DNA of 64,000 bases from Candidatus Omnitrophota bacterium (GTDB taxonomy: Bacteria > Omnitrophota > Omnitrophia > Omnitrophales > Aquincolibacteriaceae): contig JAUYMS010000028.1 in NCBI GenBank assembly GCA_030698625.1, positions 3,854 through 67,853 on the forward strand, in the 5' to 3' direction. Below, in pieces: positions 28,271 to 36,425 of the stretch. The position numbers and the translations under genes are program-made. Under the pieces are notes generated by a model that saw only the letters and a list, made by a program, of their open reading frames with translations, was not told where the DNA came from and made no database searches. The number at the start of each line of letters is the position of its first letter. Positions within the stretch are counted from its first letter, which is position 1.

Positions 28271-28505
28271 AGACAGGCTTTGCCGGGTCCTTGCCGAAGT
28301 ATTCGGTGTGCCGGCGGAACAGATTAACGAAGACAGCAGCCCGGATACCATCGAGAATTGGGATTCCGCATCGCATATCAATATGATCTTGTCTCTTGAA
28401 TCGGAGTTCGATGTGAAGCTGACCCCCGAGCATGCCATGGAGATGTTGTCGGTAAAGCTCATTCGGATGATTTTGGAAGAGCTCGGGGTTAAAGATTTCA
28501 AATGA
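28248..28505 (+). CDS. Acyl carrier protein
   Basis: 85 aa. 'ENWDSASHINMILSLE' phosphopantetheine-attachment Ser context. Confidence 0.7.
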   Translation: MMMSPMTEDRLCRVLAEVFGVPAEQINEDSSPDTIENWDSASHINMILSLESEFDVKLTPEHAMEMLSVKLIRMILEELGVKDFK

Positions 28506-29683
28506 AGACAGCCGTCCGGTCACAATATGAAGTAGGCCAGGTATTTCGGACCAGCATCGATGTGGACCAGAAACTGGTCGAACGGTTTGCCGATTTTTCC
28601 GGCGACCGTAATCCGCTTCATATGGACGCAGGCGAAGCTCAGTCTTACGGGTATGCGCGCAGGGTTGCGCACGGGGGAATCCTCATCGCCTTTTTATCAA
28701 AACTGATCGGTATGGAAATCCCCGGACCGGGAGCGGTGTGGATGAACCAGCAGGTGGATTGGACAAGTCCGGTGTTTGTCGGAGATGTCGTGGAATTGGC
28801 TGTGACCGTCGAGAAAATATCGACCGGCGCGGGAATGCTTACGCTGGATGTCACGGCGGCAAATCAGAAAGGGAAGACGGTTATGAAAGGGAAAGCGAAT
28901 GTTAAGGTTGCGGAAAAGATCGAGCAGAAAAGTGCTCAAAAAAAAAGCGTGAAGACGGCCCTCGTAACGGGTAGCGGCCGCGGTATCGGCGCAGAGATAG
29001 CTCGCAAACTGGCGGCAAGCGGGGTGAAGGTTATCGTCAATTGTCGCAAGTCGGTTCACGAGGCTGAGGGGGTTCAGCAGGAGATCAGGGCCTTGGGCGG
29101 CACAGCGGAAGTGATGCAGGCAGATCTCTCGGACTATGCGCAGACGGAAGCGATGATCGATAGCATTATTAAGCAATTCGGTAGTTTGGATATTGTGGTG
29201 CATGGCGCGTCGCCTATGGTCACTCCGGCGATGGCCGATCAAGTGACGCAGGAGCGGCTCGATCATTTTTTTAGGGCTTATGTCGGAGGGGCCAGGAGTC
29301 TTGTCGCAAAGGCGGCGCCTGCGATGGCGGAGAGAAAATTTGGGCGCTTCATTTTCTTGGGAACGTCGTTCATGTTTGGAATCCCTCCGGCAGGCATGAG
29401 TGCTTACGTTACCGCAAAGGAAGCCTTGTGGGGATATGTGAAGTGTCTGGCCGCAGATCTCGGGCCGTCGGGCATTACATCCAATATGGTCTCTCCGAGC
29501 ATGACGGTCACTGATTTTACCGCCGATATTCCGGCTCGCATGAAAGAGCTCGAGGCACGGAAGAGTCCGATGCGACGCATGGCTTCCGTGGCAGATACCG
29601 CAGCAGCCGTGGTTTTCTTGGCGGGCGAGGATGCGTCTTATATTAACGGCAGCAATCTGCCGGTCACCGGAGGGCCCATTTGA
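28502..29683 (+). CDS. MaoC-like hot-dog dehydratase fused to FabG-like SDR reductase
   Basis: N-terminal hot-dog region 'GDRNPLHMD...'. C-terminal 'ALVTGSGRGIGAEIARKLAASG' SDR. Confidence 0.75.
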   Translation: MKTAVRSQYEVGQVFRTSIDVDQKLVERFADFSGDRNPLHMDAGEAQSYGYARRVAHGGILIAFLSKLIGMEIPGPGAVWMNQQVDWTSPVFVGDVVELAVTVEKISTGAGMLTLDVTAANQKGKTVMKGKANVKVAEKIEQKSAQKKSVKTALVTGSGRGIGAEIARKLAASGVKVIVNCRKSVHEAEGVQQEIRALGGTAEVMQADLSDYAQTEAMIDSIIKQFGSLDIVVHGASPMVTPAMADQVTQERLDHFFRAYVGGARSLVAKAAPAMAERKFGRFIFLGTSFMFGIPPAGMSAYVTAKEALWGYVKCLAADLGPSGITSNMVSPSMTVTDFTADIPARMKELEARKSPMRRMASVADTAAAVVFLAGEDASYINGSNLPVTGGPI

Positions 29684-30681
29684 GCCAAGCTATCGAGCAA
29701 ACCAGGGTACTGGTAAGCGGTTGCGGATCGATCGGTAAGCGGCATATCGCAAACTTGCAAGCGCTGGGGCTCTCCGCGATTACGGCAGTAGACCCGGATA
29801 AGAGCGCTTGCATGGAGGCCGAGCGAAAACTTGGCGTCCGGATAGCGGTCTCTTTTGAGGAAGCTCTTCGGGAGCGGCCCGACATTGTTGTCGTGGCCAG
29901 CCCCAATCACGTGCACATGGAACAGGCATTGCAAGCGGCGAAGGTTGGCGCGGACCTTTTCATCGAGAAACCTCTATCTCATGAAATGACCGGTGTCAAC
30001 GAGCTCTTGACTTACGTGGAGCAGAACCGGCTTGTGGGTATGGTGGGTTGCAATATGCGTTTTCATCCGGCGATCTCGAAGATAAAAGAGGTCCTGTCCG
30101 AGCAAAAACTAGGCAAGGTCTATTCCGTTCAAGCCGAGTTTGGCTTTTATTTGCCATGGTGGAGGCCGGGCAAGGACTACCGTGAAAATTACGGCGCCAG
30201 AAAAAGGACGGGCGGAGGTGTGATTCTTGATGCCATCCATGAAATCGATGCCTTGTGGTGGTTTTTTGGCCCCGTTCGCCAGGCAATGACGTTGTCGCAG
30301 AAGCAAAGTGATCTCGAAATTGAAACTGAGGACGTGGCGGAAATCTCGCTCAGGTTTGCAAACGGTGTGCTGGGGCATATTCACCTGGACTATCTTAACC
30401 GCCATTATGCACGTAACCTTAAAATTATCGGCAAGCAGGGGACGCTCGAGTGGGACTGGAACCAGGAATTCATACGGATCTTTCGCGAAGGGGACAGCCC
30501 GGCCGAGGAGTATGCGGTGCCCGCTCGTGAGAACCCGAACGAAATGTATCGTGATGAAATGCGCCATTTTCTCAGCTGCGTGGCAGAAAGAAAAACTACG
30601 ATTTGTCCGATTGAGGATGCGGCTGAAGTTCTGAGCGTGGCGATGTCGGCAAAAAGATCTTCAGAGATGGTACCGCAATGA
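29680..30681 (+). CDS. Gfo/Idh/MocA-family oxidoreductase
   Basis: 'VLVSGCGSIGKRHI' Rossmann fold and 'EKPL' motif. Confidence 0.75.
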   Translation: MSQAIEQTRVLVSGCGSIGKRHIANLQALGLSAITAVDPDKSACMEAERKLGVRIAVSFEEALRERPDIVVVASPNHVHMEQALQAAKVGADLFIEKPLSHEMTGVNELLTYVEQNRLVGMVGCNMRFHPAISKIKEVLSEQKLGKVYSVQAEFGFYLPWWRPGKDYRENYGARKRTGGGVILDAIHEIDALWWFFGPVRQAMTLSQKQSDLEIETEDVAEISLRFANGVLGHIHLDYLNRHYARNLKIIGKQGTLEWDWNQEFIRIFREGDSPAEEYAVPARENPNEMYRDEMRHFLSCVAERKTTICPIEDAAEVLSVAMSAKRSSEMVPQ

Positions 30682-31523
30682 AAAAGAGTATTTTTGTCCA
30701 GGCCCGGATGGGATCAAGCCGATTGCCCGGAAAGGTGATGGCGGATCTCTTCGGGCGCCCGCTTCTCGAGCGTCTGGTGGAGCGGCTGCGGCGATCGACG
30801 AGCGCAGATCAAGTGGTGGTGCTTACTAGCAGTGCGGAAGCGGATCAAGCGATTGAGGACTTGGCATATGCAATGGACGTTCCCGTTTTCCGGGGCGACG
30901 AAGATGATGTGTTAGACCGTTATTTTCAAGCGGCAAAGAAGTTTCAGCCGGATGCCATTATCCGCGTCACAGGGGATTGCCCTCTGATTGACCCAAGAGT
31001 CATTGACCAGGTTGCGTCTTTTTTTGAAACGGAAGACCGGGATTATGTGAGCAATATCCTTATCCCGACTTTTCCCGACGGGTTGGATGTGGAGATTTTT
31101 AGGATTGAGGCGCTCGAGAGCTGCTGGCGTAACGCGCGGGAAAAGTACCAGCGCGAGCATGTGACGTCGTACTTCTACGAAAACCCGGACCTCTTTCGTC
31201 TGGCTAATTTCCGGTCCCCTGTCGATCGTTCCGCTATGCGCTGGCTAGTCGACGAGGCTCCGGATCTCGTGTTTGTGCGAAAAGTGTATGAGCGTCTTTA
31301 TCCGGATAACGCAACATTTTTATACGCCGACATTCTTGCCCTTTTGGACCGCGAGCCGGAATTACAGACATTGAATGCGCACCTGCGCAGGAACGAAGGA
31401 TTTTTTAAGAGTAAAGACGGAGCGTCGGCCCATGCGGCGGAAGATGCGCGTTCCGGCTGGGCGCGCTATATCCAAGAAATTATGCAGAAAAAGGGATGTG
31501 AGCTATATGAATCTGTCGGTTGA
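30678..31523 (+). CDS. pseF: CMP-nonulosonic acid cytidylyltransferase (acylneuraminate cytidylyltransferase / SpsF family)
   Basis: 'VQARMGSSRLPGKVMADLFGRPLL' N-terminal signature. Confidence 0.75.
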   Translation: MKKSIFVQARMGSSRLPGKVMADLFGRPLLERLVERLRRSTSADQVVVLTSSAEADQAIEDLAYAMDVPVFRGDEDDVLDRYFQAAKKFQPDAIIRVTGDCPLIDPRVIDQVASFFETEDRDYVSNILIPTFPDGLDVEIFRIEALESCWRNAREKYQREHVTSYFYENPDLFRLANFRSPVDRSAMRWLVDEAPDLVFVRKVYERLYPDNATFLYADILALLDREPELQTLNAHLRRNEGFFKSKDGASAHAAEDARSGWARYIQEIMQKKGCELYESVG

Positions 31524-32799
31524 CGGGTTGAAGGAATCGGTTGCGTTGTGGAAAAAGGCCGCGGACTTGATCCCCGCAGGAACCCAAACGCTCAGTAAGG
31601 CGCCCAATCAATTTGTTGAAGGGGTTTACCCGAAATTCATCGAGCGGGGTAAGGGAAGCCATGTCTGGGATGTTGACGGTAACGAGTATATCGATTACCC
31701 GTTATCACTAGGCGCTGTTTTACTGGGTCACTGCTACCCGGTGGTGGATAAGGCGATTACAGACCAGCTGAAGAAGGGGATCGTTTTTTCGTTGATGCAC
31801 CGGTTGGAAGGTGAAGTCGCCGAGCGGGTTCGCGCGCTGGTTCCTTGTGCCGAGCAGGTGCGGTTTTCAAAGACAGGCTCGGAGGTGACTACGGCGGCCG
31901 TGCGTGTTGCGCGTGCGGCGACGGGCCGTAAGAAGATTGCCTACTGCGGGTATCACGGATGGCATGATTGGTATGCCGTGACCACCACACGTTCCAAGGG
32001 GATTCTTCCCGAACTTTCGGAGTACATGCTCCCTTTTACCTATAACGACATTACGACACTGGAAAGGATTTTTCAGGAGAACCCCGATGAGATTGCGGCG
32101 ATCATCATGGAGCCGGTTGGGCTTGAGGCCCCGAAAGGGGATTTTCTTAACAGTGTCCAGAAATTGACGAAACAACACGGCAGTCTGCTTATCTTTGACG
32201 AAATGATCACGGGTTTCCGCATGGCGAGGGGCGGGGCCCAAGAATATTATGGAATAACCGCGGACCTGGCGACCTTCGGGAAGTCGGTTGCCAACGGAAT
32301 GCCGCTCAGTATCTTGGCGGGTAGGAAGCAATTCATGAAAGAATGCGAAGAGATCTTTTTTTCCACAACATTCGGAGGCGAGGCATTATCTCTGGCGGCT
32401 GCGCGTGCGGTCTTGGATGAGATCGTTGAAAAGCCAGTGGTGGCTCATCTGTGGACTCAGGGGAGGAAATTAAAAGACGGTTTTGCACAACTTGCGGCGG
32501 AAACCGGAGTGCAAGCCGCGTTTTCAGGGTTTCCGGTTCGGCAGTTTCAGGTATTTAGGGATGCTGAGGGCGAAATCTCTACAATTCATAAAGCTCTGTT
32601 CTGGCAGGAAACGATCAAGCGTGGTGTGCTTTTCGGAAACGCTCAAATGATTTCATATTCGCATTCTGACGAAGACATCAAACGCACTCTGGAAGTGTGC
32701 GGAGAAGCCCTGCATGTTGTAGGGTGCGCCGAAAGAGAAGGCCGTTTGGAAACGGCTATGGAAGGAAAACTTCCTACAGAGATATTCAGAAAGCCCTGA
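31507..32799 (+). CDS. Class III PLP aminotransferase (glutamate-1-semialdehyde aminomutase-like)
   Basis: The signature region of glutamate-1-semialdehyde aminomutase-type class III PLP aminotransferases ('YCGYHGWHDWY'). Internal ATG 31507 chosen as start. Confidence 0.7.
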   Translation: MNLSVDGLKESVALWKKAADLIPAGTQTLSKAPNQFVEGVYPKFIERGKGSHVWDVDGNEYIDYPLSLGAVLLGHCYPVVDKAITDQLKKGIVFSLMHRLEGEVAERVRALVPCAEQVRFSKTGSEVTTAAVRVARAATGRKKIAYCGYHGWHDWYAVTTTRSKGILPELSEYMLPFTYNDITTLERIFQENPDEIAAIIMEPVGLEAPKGDFLNSVQKLTKQHGSLLIFDEMITGFRMARGGAQEYYGITADLATFGKSVANGMPLSILAGRKQFMKECEEIFFSTTFGGEALSLAAARAVLDEIVEKPVVAHLWTQGRKLKDGFAQLAAETGVQAAFSGFPVRQFQVFRDAEGEISTIHKALFWQETIKRGVLFGNAQMISYSHSDEDIKRTLEVCGEALHVVGCAEREGRLETAMEGKLPTEIFRKP

Positions 32800-32806
32800 G
32801 GAATTC

Positions 32807-33418
32807 ATGATAGCGATTATTGATTATGAAATGGGAAATTTAAAGTCGGTGGCAAATGCCTTTAAGGCCGTGGGTGTTGAGCCCTGCATTACACGTGATC
32901 CGTCTGAGCTTTCAGCGGCGGATCGGATTGTTTTGCCGGGGGTTGGCGCATTCGGCAACGGAATGGAGCGGCTTCGACGATTGGGTTTTGTCAGGGCCTT
33001 GGAGGAAAACGTCCGAGAGAAAAAGAAACCCTTCTTGGGTATTTGCCTTGGGATGCAGCTTCTGGCAACCAAAGGTTTTGAGTTCGGAGAGCATGCAGGG
33101 CTGGGCTGGATTGAGGGAGAGGTCCGCAGACTCGAATCCCCGGACTTGCCCGTGCCGCATGTCGGATGGAATGACGTGGCTGTCACACAGTCGTCGCCGC
33201 TGCTCGAGGGGATAGGCGATAAAGCCGACTTCTATTTTGTTCACAGTTATCATTTCGAAGCAGCGCAACCCGATAGCGTTACAGCCACTTGTGAGTACGG
33301 TCAACGCTTCGCAGCGAGCGTGAGCCATGGGAATATCTTTGGGGTCCAGTTTCATCCCGAGAAGAGTCAGAAGGCCGGTAAACATTTGCTCGAAAACTTC
33401 CTGAGGATCAGCGCGTGA
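32807..33418 (+). CDS. HisH-like class I glutamine amidotransferase subunit
   Basis: 'MIAIIDYEMGNLKSV' plus the Cys-His-Glu triad context. Sits in a sugar locus, not a his operon. Confidence 0.8.
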   Translation: MIAIIDYEMGNLKSVANAFKAVGVEPCITRDPSELSAADRIVLPGVGAFGNGMERLRRLGFVRALEENVREKKKPFLGICLGMQLLATKGFEFGEHAGLGWIEGEVRRLESPDLPVPHVGWNDVAVTQSSPLLEGIGDKADFYFVHSYHFEAAQPDSVTATCEYGQRFAASVSHGNIFGVQFHPEKSQKAGKHLLENFLRISA

Positions 33419-34236
33419 AGAAAAACCGTTTAATCCCTGTACTCCTTTTGAAGAACGGCTGGCTGGTACAGAGCAAATCATTCCAGCGTTATCAGAATCT
33501 AGGCGACCCGATTACATCTGTTCGGCGCCTGAGTAATTGGGCGTCAGACGAGCTCATCTTTTTGGATATGACGCGAGAGGGAGGCTATGACATGCGTCGG
33601 GATGACAAAGGCCACCCGAATCGGCATGATATCCTGGAGATTATCGAAGACGTTTCTAAGGAATGCCTAATGCCGATTGCAATCGGCGGGCGCATTAGAA
33701 CGCTTACGGATATTATGGTAAGGCTGGCGTCGGGCGCCGACAAGGTTTGCGTTAATACGAAACCGTTGGAGGACCCCGCGTTTATTACCGAAGCCGCGAG
33801 GGAATATGGGTCCCAATGCATTATCATTTCGATCGACGCGAAGGTTTCGGGCGAGGGGCGGTGGGAGGTCTATAAGGACGGCGGCAAGGTCGCGACAGGA
33901 CGGGACCCGGAGTCTTGGGCACGTGAAGTGGAATCGCGCGGTGCCGGCGAAATTCTGATCAATTGTATTGACCGCGACGGTGCGCGTACCGGCTACGATC
34001 TGGATCTCGTAGGCCGCGTCAGTGATGCCGTGAGTATTCCGGTGATTGCCATGGGCGGCGTTGGGGAGTGGGAGCATTTTGCCGAAGCGCTGAGCCGCAC
34101 AAAGGCGGATGCGGTCGCGGCTGCGAACATCTTTCATTACTATGATCAGAGCGTCTATTTGGCAAAGAAGTACCTGCACGACCGGAACTTCAACGTGCGC
34201 GCTCCGGACCTCATACCCGTTGAAGTGACAACGTGA
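33415..34236 (+). CDS. HisF-like cyclase/synthase subunit
   Basis: 'LIPVLLLKNGWLVQSKSF' (beta/alpha)8 HisF-like N-terminus. Confidence 0.8.
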   Translation: MKKNRLIPVLLLKNGWLVQSKSFQRYQNLGDPITSVRRLSNWASDELIFLDMTREGGYDMRRDDKGHPNRHDILEIIEDVSKECLMPIAIGGRIRTLTDIMVRLASGADKVCVNTKPLEDPAFITEAAREYGSQCIIISIDAKVSGEGRWEVYKDGGKVATGRDPESWAREVESRGAGEILINCIDRDGARTGYDLDLVGRVSDAVSIPVIAMGGVGEWEHFAEALSRTKADAVAAANIFHYYDQSVYLAKKYLHDRNFNVRAPDLIPVEVTT

Positions 34237-35273
34237 CTTCGATAACAGATCCCAAGCCTAACGATGCATGCGCCCCGCTCCGGGAGTCCGCTATTCGCGC
34301 TCCGGAACTCAGGCCGGAGGCACTCGAGTGCCAGGAAAGAGACCGTCAGTTCCTGCTTGCACAGCAGCACCGCTTTGCCGAAGTCGCTTGCCCTGCTTGT
34401 GAAAGTGACAAAAAGACGATCAAGTTTATTAAGGCCGATTTTCATTATTGCAGCTGCTCTGACTGTGCGACCGTGTATATCAGCCCGAGGCCGAGCGCTG
34501 AGCTCTTGGAAGAGTTTTATTCAATTTCAGAGAATTACATTTATTGGAATAAATATATTTTTCCCGACTCCGAGAAGGTCAGACGCGAGCAGATCTTCAT
34601 ACCGCGCGTCAATCGGATTCTGGACATTTGCCGTAAATACAGCGTCGGAAGGGAAGCTATTATGGAAGTGGGGGCGGGCTTTGGCATCTTCTGCGAAGAG
34701 ATGATAAAAAAGAGACAGTTTGAGCGGGTCATCGCCGTCGAGCCTACAGCAGATCTTGCGGCGACATGCCGGTCCAGAGGTCTCGATGTGTTGAATCTGC
34801 CGGTCGAGAAGGTTCAACTTCCAGAGCGCTCACTGGACGTCGTGGTGAGCTTCGAAGTGATCGAGCATCTTTTTTCACCGCGCGACTTCGTAAGGGCTGC
34901 GGCCCGGTTTCTGAAGCCGAAGGGTTTGTTTATTCTTACTTGTCCTAATATTATGGGGTTTGAAACACAAGTCGCGGGCCCTGCGACATGCACCTTTCAC
35001 TACGAACATTTGAATTATTTTCATCCCGGCTCAGTTTCCCGGCTTCTGGCGGATGTCGGGTTCAAGATTCACGAGATCCTGACGCCCGGCGAATTGGATG
35101 TGCAGGTCGTGAAACGTGTTTTTGATTCGGGCGATATCACACTCGAGGATAACCGGTTCTTCCGGATGCTCCTCAGCTCAGGCCGGGATGAAACGCTTAA
35201 CGCATTTCAGCGTTTCCTAGCCGAGAACGGTCTTTCGTCTCATATGTGGATAGTGGCTTCGCGTAATAATTAA
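34233..35273 (+). CDS. Zn-ribbon class I SAM methyltransferase (paralog 3 of 3)
   Basis: 'CPACESD...CSDCATVYISPRP' and 'MEVGAGFGIF'. C-terminal 'GLSSHMWIVASR'. Confidence 0.8.
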   Translation: MTSITDPKPNDACAPLRESAIRAPELRPEALECQERDRQFLLAQQHRFAEVACPACESDKKTIKFIKADFHYCSCSDCATVYISPRPSAELLEEFYSISENYIYWNKYIFPDSEKVRREQIFIPRVNRILDICRKYSVGREAIMEVGAGFGIFCEEMIKKRQFERVIAVEPTADLAATCRSRGLDVLNLPVEKVQLPERSLDVVVSFEVIEHLFSPRDFVRAAARFLKPKGLFILTCPNIMGFETQVAGPATCTFHYEHLNYFHPGSVSRLLADVGFKIHEILTPGELDVQVVKRVFDSGDITLEDNRFFRMLLSSGRDETLNAFQRFLAENGLSSHMWIVASRNN

Positions 35274-35282
35274 GGAGATTCC

Positions 35283-36425
35283 ATGCGTTATTGCAAACGT
35301 TGTGTTTACCCGGAAGTGGCTGTTAACCTTTATTTTGACGAGGACGGGATTTGCAGTGCATGCCGGACATTTGAAAAATTCGAGGCCCTGACGGACGATT
35401 TTTGGATTGAGCGCAAGAAAAAGTTCGAAAGGCTTCTAGAAGAGGCTCGCAGGACCAAATCGATCTACGACTGTATTATTCCGGTCAGCGGCGGCAAGGA
35501 CAGCTATTACCAGACCCATAAGATGGTTACTGAATACGGCCTGAAGCCGCTTTTGGTGACTTATCACGGCAATAATTTCCTGACCGAGGGAGATTATAAC
35601 CGCGACCGCATGCGGCAAGTCTTCGACGCCGATCATTTAGTTTTTGGGCCGAGCGTTCACGTGCTGAAGAAGCTCAACCGCCTATGCTTCCGCAAGATGG
35701 GGGATATGAATTGGCATGCTCACTGCGGCATCTTCACGGTGCCGATTCAGATGGCCGTGCGCTTCGGTGTACCCCTCGTGATATGGGGAGAAACGAATTG
35801 GGACATCTCGGGAATGTACGAACCTGAGGATTTCGTTGAGTTCAGCGCTCGCGTTCGCCACGAGCATGATCTTCGCGGATTCGAATGGTATGACATGATG
35901 AATGACTCTTCCGAAAAGCTGACTGAAAAAGACATGCTGTGGGCCCAGTATCCGTCAGACGAGGAAATTCTGAAGGTGGGAGTTCGGGGGCTCTATGTCG
36001 GAAATTTCTTCAAGTGGGACCCAAACTGGCACGCAAAGATGATTCAGGAAAGGTATGGGTGGAAGCCGATCGAGGGGGTCTTCGAGCGCACGTATCGTTC
36101 GTTTTCAAATCTGGACGACCGCTATGAAAACGGCGCGCACGATTTGCTGAAATATATCAAGTTCGGCTATGGACGTGCCTCTGACCATGGGTCAAAGGAT
36201 ATTCGCATGGGTTATATGACGCGCGAGGAGGGGATCGAAAAAATTCGAAAACATGACCACATCATCCCGAGCGACCTTGATTATTGGTTGGAATATGTGG
36301 GTATGAAGAAGGAGTTGTTTTGGGAAATCGCAAACTCATTTCGCGACAGCCGAGTGTGGCGCCAAGAAGACGGCGTGTGGGTAAAAGATAATATTTGGGA
36401 TGAGGTCGCTTCTGCTGCTAAATGA
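35283..36425 (+). CDS. N-acetyl sugar amidotransferase (PP-loop ATPase; WbpG/WbuZ/PseA-like)
   Basis: N-terminal 'CKRCVYPE....CSAC' Zn ribbon and PP-loop 'IPVSGGKDS'. Confidence 0.8.
   Translation: MRYCKRCVYPEVAVNLYFDEDGICSACRTFEKFEALTDDFWIERKKKFERLLEEARRTKSIYDCIIPVSGGKDSYYQTHKMVTEYGLKPLLVTYHGNNFLTEGDYNRDRMRQVFDADHLVFGPSVHVLKKLNRLCFRKMGDMNWHAHCGIFTVPIQMAVRFGVPLVIWGETNWDISGMYEPEDFVEFSARVRHEHDLRGFEWYDMMNDSSEKLTEKDMLWAQYPSDEEILKVGVRGLYVGNFFKWDPNWHAKMIQERYGWKPIEGVFERTYRSFSNLDDRYENGAHDLLKYIKFGYGRASDHGSKDIRMGYMTREEGIEKIRKHDHIIPSDLDYWLEYVGMKKELFWEIANSFRDSRVWRQEDGVWVKDNIWDEVASAAK

Noticed and set aside
28004-28523. Minus-strand ORFs of 165 and 129 aa over the FkbH 3' end and ACP gene
   Set aside because: Antisense shadow frames. 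The + strand encodes a recognisable ACP with a phosphopantetheine site.
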